This document shows, in pieces, positions 1 to 13,757 of a stretch of DNA of 64,000 bases. The position numbers and the translations under genes were made by a program. Each line of letters begins with the position of its first letter. Position 1 is the stretch's first letter. The DNA comes from Botryllus schlosseri (lineage: Eukaryota), in NCBI GenBank assembly GCA_051294905.1, contig CM119371.1, positions 16,804,001 through 16,868,000 on the forward strand, given 5' to 3'. The notes below the pieces were generated by a model. That model was not told the origin of the DNA. It searched no databases and saw only the letters and a list, made by a program, of their open reading frames with translations.

Positions 1-984
1 TCCAACAAAAACCAGGGTATGTGATTGTGCGTGGTTCGCATATTCGACTGTGAACGCTCTATTGGTATATGCTGTATAGTTCACTTTCACCGTCGTGCGA
101 ATAACCCATGTTACGGTTCCATGTTTGTGTGTCTGTATGTCATGCTTCAGATTGACTCAGAGTCATTGCAATGTGGCTTATTGGTATTGTTATCGGGTGT
201 GATGACATTCGATCTACATCAAAACTACCGGCTATGATAATGTCTGTGGATCGATGTTTGTATACCAACACATTGCATGCAATGTCACACACCTCCATTT
301 ACGCATATACTGGTGTGGGCAAACAAGCGCGACGTATGTCTGGATGGTATTTTTTCGTGGAAACACAGGGTGTAACATGTTTACTTTGAATATTGTTCAT
401 TGGTTTATCGATTCAGAGTTGATATCCGGATCCGGTTACGTACTTTATCAGAGTTTCCGATTTCAAACTGAATGTTGAGACATACATGACCAATAAAGAC
501 ACAATATAGTAAACATGCGGGGAAAACTCGACCTGGAATTGTTATCGCGATGGGTGACATAAATTCAACCGTTTTCCGAACACCGTTATCCACATACCAA
601 CCATCGTCGAGGAGGTGTTTTATTCAGACATTTTGACTCTGGAAAATCCAAAGCACGAACCCGGACATCACGGACATATCAGAAACCCCTTTATTCGCCA
701 ATTCCGAAAACATACATGTCGATGTACAACAGCACATTGTTATTGTATGTGAGTAACCAATGATTTTGATGGGATGCATCAGAGCAAGTGAATATTTGAT
801 TACACAAATGTATCGGAGTCGTTGTTGGTGTATATTTTGTCTCTGTCTGTTGTAACAATATACAAAAAATATCAAATTGACCGGTGTAGTTGTCAGTTTT
901 CAAAACGAAAATGGTATTGGTACTCAGGTAAATGATAGTTTTCCAAACGAAAAGGGTTTGTTGCCTGGGGAGAAAATGGTTTGT

Positions 985-1295
985 TGCTCAGTGAAAATGG
1001 TTTGTTGCTCGGGGAAAAAATATATTTCCAAGTGAAAAAGGTTTGTTGATCGGGGAAAAAATATATTCCCAAGTGAAAAAGGTTTGTTACCCAGAGAAAA
1101 AATATATTTCCAAGTGAAAAAAGGTTTGTTACCCAGGGAAAAATATATTTCCAAGTGAAAAAGGTTTGTTAACCAGAGAAAAAATATATTTCCAAGTGAA
1201 AAAGGTTTGTTAACCAGAGAAAAAATATATTTACAAGTGAAAAAAGGTTTGTTAGCCAAGGAAAAAATATATTTACAAGTGAAAATGGTTTCTTA
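985..1295. repeat. Minisatellite, about 7 copies of a ~40-bp unit (GAAAAAATATATTTCCAAGTGAAAAAGGTTTGTTAACCAGA-like)
   Basis: Unit repeats directly, with variable A-run lengths; it explains the repetitive ORF at 924-1259. Confidence 0.9.
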
Positions 1296-3744
1296 CTCCG
1301 GGTAAACGTCAGATCTCCAAAGGAAAATAATATGTTTAGTCAGGTAAACGATGGACTGGCAAGTGAAAGTGGTAATTTTACATAGGTAAACGTCGTGGGT
1401 TCAGTGTCGTTGGTCTTGTTAAACGTTATCGCTTGACGTTGGTATACTATTACGAGTGTGCAAAGGCTATGCACGTCTTGTGCGGAGTATCGCGACAGTG
1501 AACATATTTTTGGTGTGACGAAACAAGATCGTTGTTTACATGTTAATGCATTTCGATTACCGAGTAGCTGTACAACAGAGAGGAGTCTACAGTTAGTTCG
1601 TGCTGTATGTCCCGATGAAAACCACAAGACCGCATGTAAATCTATTAGCACAACTCGATGATGTTGATATAGTGTTACTTGAATAAATTATTACCTATTT
1701 ACACAACATAAAAATAAAAATTCATGTCGTAGTAAGTTTCTTGAACTCGTACTTGATGAAAACGATTGGCGACAAGTATGTTTTTGTGTTTGAGTGAAAA
1801 ATAATTATTTAGAGTAGTGACAGTTTGTGACCAACGAATGTAAATCGATCATGGTATTACAATATACGCTTTCGTCAACATAACGACTTGGTGTAGAAAT
1901 ACTTTCACGTTTTTTGAATAACTGGATGCTCGAGACTTGTTACTTGTACGATGTACCGTTGGTGTGCAAACTATAACGACCATTTTGTATGATAGTATGT
2001 TTTACTAGTGAGGATAACCATATGATGACTCACCACTTTTCGTTAGCATAGTAGATTGATTTGTGTGTAAGATGTAAGCACCGTAACTAGAAAACATATG
2101 CACTCTGTTGTTGGAGTAGCTGATTCATTGCTATGACATGGACATATCCTGAAGCCTTGGTTTGTTGTCTTACGAAAGATGACGCGACCTCGGTGTCGTA
2201 AATTGTGTTAACTAAACTCGTACACAATTGTGCTGGACTTACACATGGTATTCGTATACTGTACACATACAAACTTTTGTGTAAACAACTTTGGTGTTTC
2301 TGTTAATACTAGTTCTGTGTTGAATTACTTGATTATTATGATACATGAACAACCATTCAGACAATAAAGTTCTTGAGGTATCGAAACAGTTTGAAAGCAC
2401 CACCAATCATTGTACAGGTTTGTAGCATGAGTGAATATTTTCGTGTAACATGAATATATTTCATATGGCTTTGGTAAGAAATGAGTTATGCAGGATAACC
2501 CTACACAACCTACAAAAGTAAAACTTGTTGCGTTTGATTGTATACTTTGTATCGATGTCTTTGCGATGTTGAAAGACGGTTGTGTTTACATTTGCATTAA
2601 GCGGAGTAACTCAAGTAATAAATTTTACTCGTTTGAAAATACCGAACAATGGATAACAGTATGAATATGAGCGGTAATTATTTTTCGTAATATACAACCA
2701 ATCTTCCAAGCATAACTTGTCAAAAATTTATCATGTCATAGTCGACTGTTACGAATTCGACACAAATGTACTTCGATTATTACGATGATGGAAATTACGT
2801 TCAAGGGAGTATTTCGAAGTAGTATATTCAGCAATTACCAAATAACAAAAAATATCAAACTGTGCATACAACTCGGTTAGGTAAACGATACAGTTACAAG
2901 TCGGATGTAAGCTTGATTTACAGATTACAGTCTGCTGATGTAAAGCTCGACCACTCCAGTGTGTTTATTGCAAAGTATTTGACACAAACAAAATATCGAA
3001 TGGAGACTTCGGTTTCATTACCAAGCTAGTGAAAATTGTTTTCTGTTGGCCAGGTAGGACACATTTGACAAACATCGTACACGTTGTATCTTCGTGATGG
3101 TAACGACTTTCAGCGGCTTGGTTTCATGTCGGGAATTATTATTTGAGGGTTCAAAAAACAATTTCAATCAATGCTACAAATGAACAACAATGCAAAACAC
3201 GTTTAGTGAATTACAGTGTAGCAAGTACTTTTTGATATTACGAGTGTTGGGCACTAGACACTTCTAGTTGAATTGGATGCATCTAACAAACATATCACAA
3301 TTTACTTTTGTAATGATCAAAGTCTTAGAGTGTATAACCTCGCGATATTTTACATTTAGCACGCACAATGAGGAGTTACTGAAATGATTAGGAATTGATC
3401 GCTAGCTTCGAACGGTACTCGATACTCAAAGTGATATTTTCATACTCTGTAAAGTGCATATGTTTCAATTCTCTGTCACAAATTCCGACAATAAATCGTT
3501 GGATTCAATAGTAACGATATTGTGATATACTGATTATACACTTAGTCGTTTCAATCACCCGTTGGGAATCGGGTTAATAAAGCATTTTGCATCGGTTGTT
3601 CAATGTATGAATACTGGAACTATTACATCTTTAGTCTTGGGTACTGGAAACAATTACATTTGTAAAATATTTTCTGATATCATAACTTTGAATATAACAC
3701 CAGCGTTCGATTGTAAGAAATGAAGTCGCAACTACGTTGATCAG

Positions 3745-4640
3745 ACTTTCAAATCTCGTATATTCAAACATATTATGTTAATCTCAAGTCACCTGCAGCG
3801 GGTAGTAATTACTTTTGTCTTACAAAATATATCGAGTAATAATTACTTTGTCTTGCAGAATATACCGCGTAGTAATTTCTCTTTCTTACAGAATAGTAAC
3901 GACTTTTAAAGTTGAATAAAAATGAGGTGTCGTAGGGATATGAGTACAACCGAACTTGCTATGGATTTCAGGTTTTAGTGTTTGTATGGACTCGTGTATG
4001 CTTGGCTAACTGCTTGAGTTGGTCGGGTAAGTTACAAACGGATTTACTTGACAATGTTTTCGTGGTTGACTCTTTGAATATGGTAAGATGGTGATATGTC
4101 GAGACGTAATACTATTTCCGTACACTCAATTACAACAAAAAATAACCCGCATTCAAATAAGCCGTAAGCTACAAGTGGATTTAAAACTTGATGCTGTTTT
4201 GTGGTTAACTCAAGTCAGTGGTCACGTTTGTGTTGATTTCAGGAATGATCATGACGAGTTGGTCGGGTAAATTAGGTAATGTGGTAGTAACTACGACCTT
4301 ACAGAGGTGCTGACATTCCAATATCTTTTACGCTGTAATATTACGGATTTAATTGTGATAAATTATTTCTCAGTTATTGTTCAGACGTTCAAATCTCGTA
4401 TACTCAAAATATAATATGTCCAAGTCAAATCGTATATGCACCGATTAGTAAATAGTTTGTCTTCAGAATAGTAACAACCTTTACAATTGAATAAAAAAGA
4501 CCGAGCATATGAATACAACCAGGATGAATTAATTCAAATTTATGAGTTGCAGTGATATAATCAAGTAAGTGAAAACTAGATTTTTAACAATTGTTAATGT
4601 TGTGAATAATTCTTTTGAGTATGGTAAGATGTTAAAATAT
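3745..4640. repeat. Diverged direct duplication (3745-4100 versus 4385-4640)
   Basis: Shared blocks TTCAAATCTCGTATA, CAGAATAGTAAC..TTGAATAAAAA and TATGGTAAGATG occur in the same order in both copies. Confidence 0.7.
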
Positions 4641-5894
4641 CTCTTTGACAAACGGAAAGCACGATCGTGAATAGAGTTGTGATGTTTCATTACTTGTTTC
4701 AAATCAATGTGTGTATAATATCGAAACGGGACTGTGGGGAAGTTGGTAGTCATGTTTGTCAATCCTATTTCAAGTCACACTATGTCAAAGTCCAAATATT
4801 TCATTTTGGATTATCTGGATTTAGCTTTAGTACACCCCGCGAATGGATTCCGACACCGTACTATAACGTTTTTGATAATAAGGACTCGAGGATTTTCAAT
4901 CAACAATACTGGAATTTTTTGATAATGTTAGAGCTGACAAATGATTAGTTGCGTGATTTTGTTAAGAGTTTGATTTCGTGTTGATAAAGACAATAACTGT
5001 ATAATACACATACTTGTGATTCTTGATTCTTGTAGAGTTATAGTTGTATTGATTCTATAAGTGCGAAAACAGCGGCGCGGAATGTGCGAATAATTCGATG
5101 CGGCTGAAAGTCGGCGTCAGTAATATTCGGTTACGGTCGAATCAAAAGATTTCTCAAAATAATTAGAATTGTACCGAATTAACACATTCAAATACGAATC
5201 AACTTGGTTTGTGTAGTAAGTTTCATTTCAAGTTGACAAATTGATACATTACTTGTATATTCACATGATTCTTATCATACAACTAAAGTCAACCACGTTC
5301 CTAAGTGTCAAAACATATAGCAAGCACCAGAAAGTGTCAAATTGTTGGTTTTCGAATCACCGTCTGCGACGGCTCTGTGACAAACTAATTACCGAAATAT
5401 TACCTTGTGAGCGATCGGTATGTCTTTAACACCAAGTCACTAAAATGGTTATGCCCGAGACATTATCTTGTCAGCGATCGCGGGGTTTTGCAAACTATTT
5501 CACACATTTTTGAAGTGTTAGTTTGTGAACGAGGTTATTTGTTGATCGCTTTTCGTGTCGCTGTTGAATACTGAATACTCCTGAATGTAATAGTGCTGAC
5601 TGGATTAGTGTAATAATCGATAGTAGCACGCGGCTGGCCGTGAAACAATTCCACACACAGGTCATTCGAAATATAGGTCGCACTGCTTAATCCTCACAAC
5701 AAGCCGCGTTTCCGTTTGTGCGGCACGATATACAAATTAACAAAGATTCATTCACATGACTATTTACTTGATACATATTCAACACCGGTCGAGAGATGTA
5801 TATACCCGAAAGTACGAATCACCGCCACACCCATAAGAACGCATGGCGAATCACCAACACAACCTATACGCGAAAGCACGACATGCGAAAGTAC

Positions 5895-6210
5895 GACGTG
5901 CGAGAGATGCCAATACCCGAAAGGGCGATGTGCCACCACGAGTTTTCCATGCGATGTGCGAGAGATGCCTATACCGAAAAGGGTTACCGTGTGAGAGGTT
6001 CCATAAGACACAATGACACCATGCGAGAGATGCCTATACTTGGAAGTACGACTCACCAACACGAGTTTTCGAGGCACCGTGTGAGAGATGCCTATACCGA
6101 AAAGGGTTACCGTGTGAGAGGCTCCATAAGACACAATGGCACCGTGCGAGAGATAGGGGGGGTCAAAAGGGTCACCGTGCCAACACGAGTTTCGAGGCAC
6201 CGTGCGAGCG
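5895..6210. repeat. ~123-bp tandem duplication with nested GAGAGATGCCTATAC sub-repeats
   Basis: GAGAGATGCCTATACCGAAAAGGGTTACCGTGTGAGAGG..CCATAAGACACAATG occurs at about 5960 and about 6083; the shorter GAGAGATGCC motif recurs roughly every 60 bp. Confidence 0.85.
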
Positions 6211-6475
6211 GGCCCATAAGAACCCCTGCCAGGTCACGAGCGATCTATATAACTACTCTTCGATTCTGTGACCGTGTATTGTTTTAGCTCTCAGAAACAT
6301 AAGGATATTTAGCTAATCATTCTGTTCAGAAAACTTCAGACCATGTCTACAGTATACAATGGGCTCTCATTCTCAAAAGTGGTACATAGAACCACGCTTT
6401 CAAATGTCGATACGCAGTGGGCGGTGATTCGTATTGTCTTTTGTATTCAAGCCATCGTGCATCATGTAATCATTA

Positions 6476-6695
6476 CTTTTCTAATCATTAGTTTCCAATT
6501 CCTTAGTTACTTAAATCGCTACTGTTACTGTTGTATTGACGATGAGATTTAAGTTAGTAAAAGCCAACGAAACAAGGGCCTTCTGTTTACTGGTACCACA
6601 ATTTTACTAACTTAAATCTTGGCGTCAAATACATCAGTAACAGTAACAGTAGCGATTCAAGTAACAGAGGAATTGTAAATTAATGATTAGAAAAG
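6476..6695. repeat. Foldback / palindromic MITE-like element
   Basis: Arms of about 87 bp (6476-6562 and 6602-6695) are imperfect reverse complements around a ~40-bp spacer. Confidence 0.8.
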
Positions 6696-7095
6696 CAAAC
6701 TAGCAACTACTGGGATTCATAAATGGTCCAGATTTAAGTCAAAATAAATTTTGTCAAAGGGAAGTTTTTTAGGATCAAAATCTTCCGTTTCAAAATAGTC
6801 ATACTTATCACAGATTGTTCTAACGAATCGAGAGAACCACAACAGCGATTTGGGCCGTGGTCAGGGCTTATTTTCCATTCAATGCTGAATTGTGGAAATT
6901 AGATATTGTTTACGAAAGGCATCTAGTTATGCAATATCGACAGGCTTATTTTTAATAGCTTATTTTTGGCATGGTTAAGATGTTTCTTTTGCCAGTTTTG
7001 GCATCGCCTGGAATTCATATCTGTATACTCGATTAACGATGTAAAACGCTATATAGTCCAATCCACTCAAGTTCCAAATTTGTGTCATCAAAAAG

Positions 7096-7235
7096 CAGTG
7101 TTGGGATCAAGTCACTACCTTCGAGTCATGTGTCATCTCGAGTCATTTCACATTTTGACTCGAGTTAAGTCAAGTCAAATTGAATTTTAGGAGTATGAGT
7201 GATGATTCAAAGGCATTGCATTTTGCTCGCTGCGT
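7096..7235 (+). mobile_element. MITE end, GACTCGAGTC-rich family
   Basis: Starts CAGTGTTGGGATCAAGTCACTACCTTCGAGTCA; homologous to 58354-58605 and, in reverse, to 9536-9615. Confidence 0.75.
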
Positions 7236-7290
7236 GGAAGAACAATTAATTGGCCATTTATCTTGAATCAAATGACGAATATACCTATAT

Positions 7291-7471
7291 ACATGAAATA
7301 CAGGCAAACCGCGAGCGCAGCTAGTGGCAAATTTTTAGATTGGCTGATCCGTCTGCACTGGAATCGACTTATATTAAAATCCACCGACCGCGCTTGTGTC
7401 AGCAGAAGGAATATTTAGTCAATCTAAAAATTGTCCACTAGCTGTTCTCGCGGTTTGCCTGTATTTCATGT
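7291..7471. repeat. Palindromic MITE-like element
   Basis: ACATGAAATACAGGCAAACCGCGAG..CAGCTAGTGG is the reverse complement of CCACTAGCTG..CTCGCGGTTTGCCTGTATTTCATGT. Confidence 0.85.
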
Positions 7472-8239
7472 TGTTTGTTTCTATGACGTCATAATTGGTT
7501 GTATGGAGTGTAGCTATAGCTATCTATAGATGCATGTTTTTGAAATTCTCCATCAGCTGACGATTGCCCTTGAAGAGTGTCAGCTCGAAAAGATTCGAGT
7601 TTTAATAGATTCGAATGTTGTGTGATGGATGATGCTTTCCCAATGCCATCAGTATCGAGTTTAAGTCTAATCATGTTCAAATTAGGCAATTTCAAATCTT
7701 TTGTCAACTATCGTGATCACGACACTAAAATACGCAGCAGGACCGTAACTGCCGCACCCCAAAACCCCCAAATGGGGGGGGGGGCGAGCTCGAAGAGGGC
7801 CCAAAATTATTTCGTGAATTAGCATAAATTATAGAGTATTATTTGAAAATTCATGCAACTTTTTCAAAAGTTTTTCGCGCTACGCGCGATTTCAAGTTGC
7901 CTAATGTCTTGAATTTTGAGTACTCTTCCCTCAAGAAAAAATACGCAAGATTTATAGAAATGGACATGTCGGCATTGGCCATTACCGCGACACGATTTAC
8001 CAAGACATATAAAGTTTTAGGCCATGTAACATGCGACTCCAGGAAGTGGGCCAGGACGATCGGCAGCGAGAAAACTCACTCTGAAGCTCACAAGACAAAT
8101 ACCATCCCGCAGGGAAAAATTATATGCCAGTGAAGAAATACCAATTTGAAATCATGTGCGTCTTTTACTGTAGTAGCCTATACGTTTGGGCGATTCTATA
8201 TATTTTGATATAGCAGACAGGAGGTCAGTAAATAACATC

Positions 8240-8890
8240 ATGTTACAGAGTCATATCAAAGAGCCCTACAGTTTCCAAGACACCTCATTCAACTCTGCTG
8301 GTATGATTGCGTGAGCAGAGAGGACAAGAAATTGATAGCAATAGATATGCAATTCCCTATCTTTTTGACCGATTTTATCATGATTTATCGAAAAATTTTG
8401 CGCTTGGCGCTGGCTCAGTACACAGTGCGGCAAATTTCGTGGCAAAGGCGAACAACGTGATTGGGGGATGGTTTATCACCCTATGGTAGCCCAAGACCCA
8501 AGTTTTTTTGGGGGGCCTGAAGAAGTGTTGTTTTGATCCTGCCAACGGGTATATGCCCGAAGGTGTTTAATTATATTATTGAGGAGTCCTACCTTTCCAA
8601 ACACACCTCACCTGTAAATCTGATTACGTGAGCAGTGCGAGGATAAAAAATAACAGCAATGTATATGCAATTCCCGATCATATTGGCCGATTCAATCATT
8701 AATTATAAAAAAATTTCGCGCGTCTGGGCGGGATGAGCTGGCCCAGTCAAATGCGACCAATTTAGATGACAAGTATAACGGGAAACAGCGGATAGAATGA
8801 AGGGGTCTTGGGGGCGTAGTTCATCATCATTATGTGGGGGGCCCAAGACCAACGTTTGGGTGGGGGCTGACGAAGTGCTGTTATGGCTCT
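8240..8890. repeat. Diverged ~320-bp direct duplication
   Basis: GAG(C/T)CCTAC..CACCTCA..CGTGAGCAG..ATATGCAATTCCC..CCCAAGACC..GGGG(C)CTGA.GAAGTG occurs twice in the same order. Confidence 0.65.
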
Positions 8891-11614
8891 GATACGCAGT
8901 GCTTATTACTTGAATCGGTGCACATTGAGCAGTACTATACACGCTCTGTTAGGACACAAAAAATCAGTGACTAAATTTGTGCAAGGCAATTTTCCATCCT
9001 AAGCAATGTTACTTTCGTGTAGTGCAGTCGTATAGTTTCAAACGGTAATATTATCTTTCTGCAGGCGTTTAATTGCGTATGCTAAGGACTAGTAGGCTAG
9101 TCAATAGACCCCGCCTGCTGATAAATCTGTTTATTTATTGATTATTACCAGTCTGAAAAATTAATTTAAATATTTTCTCGTCAGTATTTTATAGTTCACA
9201 GTAGGCCTACCCCAAATGCCCAATTTGTAGCTTGCACTGGCTGTTACTGTGGGCAATTCCAGTTTCTTTAACGGAGTTCAATAATTTACGAGCTATATTT
9301 GGTATACGCCAGAGTGCGCGTTCTTGACTACATATCCTGGTCATGTCTAAGGAACATTTTGATGCAGCTGTCATAGGGTACTCTGTTTATCACGCAGGTC
9401 GATTGTTTTGCATGTAAGGAAAGATTCTGTCAGCATGTAATTGTGGACAAATTCACGGAGTGTAATCAGGGAATTATCATGGAAATTTTTCAAGTATTTT
9501 CGGTCACAGTGATCCATCGATACCACATCTCCCCCATTTGACTTGACTCGAGTCAAAATTTGCAATGACTCGGGATGACTCGTGACTCGAAGGTAGTAAC
9601 TCGATCTAAACACTGGTTCATTCAACCTCATTTTAAAAATGTGATCAATTCGATTATTATTTTCCAGTCATTCGTGCATTGACACTCGTTATATCTTAAA
9701 GCAGAATATGACAGGAAGACTGTGTTGCTCGAAGTGCAGCCTAACGGATCCACGTATAATAGGATGTACATGTTACAACATGGAATCTGAGGGTCTAGCT
9801 GCGGCAATTCTATGCCAAATACATATTTGAAAAACACGATCTATTTCCTAATAAATCTATTGAAATCCATTTTCGTATCCAACTTCACATGAATTTCAAA
9901 TGTAACCGACGTTGAGATAGGAGCGCTTAGTTCACCGATGTACGAAGTTTTGATATCAATGCCACGCTTCATGGTCGGTTAATTAGCGTTTTTGAGTACA
10001 GTAATATAGTAATCGGGACTCGCAGAAGTCAGGGCTGCATTTGAACTTTACGAGCAGGGATAAGACTGGTTTTGTTGAGACGCGTTGCCAGATTCAGTCT
10101 TGAAGGATTCGTTTTTTTATTCAGCGGTCTGTAGATCTACTGCAGTATATTTGATAAGTAGGCTACCACTGGAACACAGTCATTTTTTATTAAGATAAGT
10201 GCTCATTTGAATGAAATGGTGTCGCGTTCTTCGTCCTATTCTATCATCATGGCATATATAGTAAATCATCTAGAACAGTGTCTCCAAATCTTTTTGGATA
10301 TCGGAGCAGCATATCAAACTTCTGAGTACGTATGGAGCCGCATGGAAACAGTCGAGTGAGCTATACTCATAACGAAAATTTAAAGCTCGCTAGCCTATTT
10401 CTGGATCTCACCATCCAGCTAATTCGAGAGCATGCGCAATTTCACATAGGCATCTAAAGACTCTCTTTCGGTTATTTTAGCATTGATAGACGATGATTGG
10501 CGAGTGCTGCACATAGAAATAAGCTGAGAATTCATATCATTACTACAAAATACTGTTATGTGGTGTGACTGCTCTTCATACATTCCACCACTTGATGAAC
10601 GAATATGCGATGGATTGTACGCTCAGTAATATTGGACTAGCCATTTTTACATGATCACAAGGAGCAATTCTAAGATATTGAGCATAATCTGAGACGATCT
10701 ATCTCTGTTATAAATGACGGAGTAAATTTGTTCAATATCAGAACTGGTCAGAGTATTAAACTTGAGGTAAACATTTACATCGTCTTTGATCCGTTGGCCT
10801 TTGTTTCTGAAATAGCTAAAGGTAGCTACTGTTGGTGGGTACATGGAAGCAGGAGCATGTACATTGTGCAGTGAACACTGACAAGTATAGTCGTATTCGA
10901 CACAGTCCGGACATAACCCCGACATGATGTCCAACGCAACAGCAACGCAATCGAAAACAGTTTAAATTCGCAGAACTACTAATCCTCAGCGCGAACCTGA
11001 CGAATGTAATGAGTAGGAACAGCTCCGCAGCATGGCCGCTCGTCTTCATACCAGGCTGGTTCTGTATGATGTTCCCGCCAATAAGCCTTTTCATTCGGCT
11101 CGGAGATCTGCGGCCACGTTCACATAACTGGGTTCCTGTACCTGGCTACGGAAAACCTTATTCCCAAAACTCCAGTATAAAATCGGACCAAGACGATGGT
11201 AAATCTTGTTTTGATATACTAATGCCATTTTGGATACCCAAATCCAACCATTGCAAGAAAATCTTAAGATGAAAATGGCAACATTATTTGAATCAATTGA
11301 TAACATGAATGGAGCGAATTCCATGACTTATTCTGATTATATATAAACAGCTGATAATCCTTGATTTTCACGCCTCGTGGTGGGATGTGCATTCTACGAC
11401 CAAACAGCCAGTTCTTCGTGCCATGTGTCGTCTTGCAACCACTTCAAAACTTGATTTTTATTTGTCAATCTGCCCGAGTGTCACTGGCTTACAAACAAAA
11501 TCTGTTAATCCTTCGAGTAGCAATCGTTGCTCCTATCTAGGTACTCAACTGTGATTCACGTGTTCCGCATACGTCCGTAGGCTAGTTAATGTCTTAAGAA
11601 AAACAGTGGTCTAA

Positions 11615-12283
11615 TAATGATGATATGAACGTGAGGTTCGCGTATGTGTTCTGTGCGTTCATAAACGAACCGTGGTACGGTCTGCATTGTGAACATTTTT
11701 TGCCTAATAAAATCTGTCACGTCAATATAACACCTTTGGTTGAAATCCTTATTGCATTTCATCTTGGGACCAGTCTCTACATGCTGACAGCATACAGAAA
11801 TTCAACACTAAACGAGCATGCACCTTGCCAATTTCAAATGTTTGCTCGAAATATTTTGCTTTCCTTTTGCGAATACTGCTGAGAGCTTGACCCGTAATCG
11901 CACAACATCAAAAACGAAATACATCGCATGCACGTATAGTCAGCTAATTGTGCTTATTGATCCAATCAATGAAATTGGTATAAATAATACATCGTTGTCT
12001 AATGTAAAAAATCTAGCAGGCGTACGGGATCCATCCATGTGTTATGAACACCAAATAGTTGCGATTAGGTTGTTGACTATACTGTATAACTTGCTAATGA
12101 GGTAAATCGGTAACAAGTATAGCCTATAGAAACCCGTTTTACATTCTGATCAATATTATTGTAGCAATAATCGGACGCCGAGTACACCGTAAAGGTGTAA
12201 CCTTATGTTCTTTGCACATAGAACCTTCAAAAAGGGACGCGTTCACACGAACCTTAAGGTTTTAGTGTTTCGTACCATCCCTA
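11615..12283 (-). mobile_element. Degenerate inverted copy of the GTGAAC-rich MITE family
   Basis: Reverse-complement homology to 12473-13485; ends CCATCCCTA. Confidence 0.75.
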
Positions 12284-12472
12284 CTGCCAAACTATCGTTT
12301 ACGTAGGGCTATCTAACATGTACAAAAGGAATATAGGGATAGGCACGTGGTAGGCCTCCACATTCATTTTACTCGCTTCGACGTAGGGCTATCAGACCAA
12401 TATGTAGCTTCACCCACAGTTGCAATAGCTTTTATGGTTGTTTACATATGCGTTTTATTCATAACATATTAT

Positions 12473-13485
12473 TAGGGATGGTGTGAACCTCTGAAAGGTT
12501 CAGGTTCGTGTGAACGCGAACCTTTTTGAAAGGTTCTGTGTGAACGCGAACGTGAACCTCATGACGTCACGTGACGTCATACTGCTAATTCCAACCATAA
12601 AAATCAGAGAAGTGATAGCCTATATATTAATGAACACGATACCTAGCGACAGCGACGACTCGGCCGACATAATGCCACAATGTTGAAGTACATATTGACG
12701 TTTTAAACGTCACCCAATGTATCAACTGGGTCAATCATATGATATAATAATATCATAAAATCACCATCTTCCGTCGCTTTGCCAACAATTTCGACGAGGA
12801 CTTGTAAGGGAATACAAGCTTACTCTTACGCCTTAATGGTCTAGGCCAGACCGGACGGCGTCTGATTGCTACGTTGATATTGAGCAGAGTGTAAAACGGG
12901 TTTTCAAACTTGCTACCGAAATTAACCCATTACCTAGTTATACAGCAGTAGACAACACCCCAATTGCACGGATTTGATTTTTATGATACAATAAACATAT
13001 GAAATCAAGATTGACTCGTACGCCTGCTATATTTTTTACATCAGACAACAACATCAATTTCATTGATTGGTCAAATAAGCATCATTCGCTGACTACCTAC
13101 ATGAAGGCCTAGTGAATTTCGCTCTTGATGTTGTGTGATTGCGGGTTAAGCTCACAGCAGAGAGTCACTAAATATTCACGAACGGAAAGCTTGATATTTC
13201 GAGCAATCTTTTGTAACAAAGCAACTAAATCTTTTGAGATTATCAAGGTGCATGCTCGTTTAGTGTTTATTTTTTCATGCTGCCAGCGCAATCCATAGAG
13301 TGGCCAGCAGTTGAAATGCAATAAATTTCAACCGAAGATGCGGTTATAACGAAGTGAAAATTGCAATATATGAAAAAGGTTCACAGTGCAGAACATACCA
13401 AGGTTCGTTTGTGAACGTAAACCTCCAAATATCCGAGGTTCACACACAGAACGCGAACGTGAACCTCACGTTCACATCATCCCTA
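12473..13485 (+). mobile_element. hAT-type MITE (GTGAAC-rich)
   Basis: Terminal inverted repeats (TIRs) TAGGGATG(G/A)TGTGAAC; near-perfect 8-bp TSD CATATTAT/CTTATTAT. Further copies at about 54810-54998 (-), 63630-63835 (-) and 63846-64000 (+). Confidence 0.85.
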
Positions 13486-13757
13486 CTTATTATGATACAA
13501 ATATTGAACGATTTTTGTCAGGCAGAAATTCAAAATGCAACCTCTTTTAAAATGCGCCATGTTCCTAAATTAATATTCTTGGTCTAAAATCGAAATTCGT
13601 TTGATGACCCAGAAAGGGGCATTCATGCATTAACATTCGACGTATCCTGAAGTTAATTCTTAGTGGGCAACTGTTCTCCTGTCCGAGAATCCGACGGGAT
13701 CCATGTATCATCCTCATCTTATTACACGTTTTATAAAATATTTCTCCAATTCCATCA

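Larger units (their letters stand above)
1..6257. mobile_element. Candidate right end of a decayed Polinton/Maverick (or another virus-like DNA element)
   Basis: Ends in ...CTATATAACTACT (6245-6257), which reads 5'-AGTAGTTATATAG on the minus strand, matching the AG/(AGT)2 terminus typical of Polintons. It is preceded by a repeat-rich subterminal zone (about 5790-6240) and about 5.5 kb of intronless, stop-riddled coding-like DNA without the MITEs seen elsewhere. No hallmark gene (pPolB, integrase, ATPase, capsid) was recognised. Confidence 0.4.

Noticed and set aside
924..1259. 111-aa repetitive ORF
   Set aside because: By-product of a ~40-bp minisatellite whose unit length varies and is not a constant multiple of three.
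5716..6287. Overlapping ORFs on both strands
   Set aside because: Explained by GC-richer tandem repeats; no recognisable protein motifs.
7096..9615. A single 2.5-kb element bounded by two GACTCGAGTC-family ends
   Set aside because: The flanks show no target-site duplication; treated as separate fragments.
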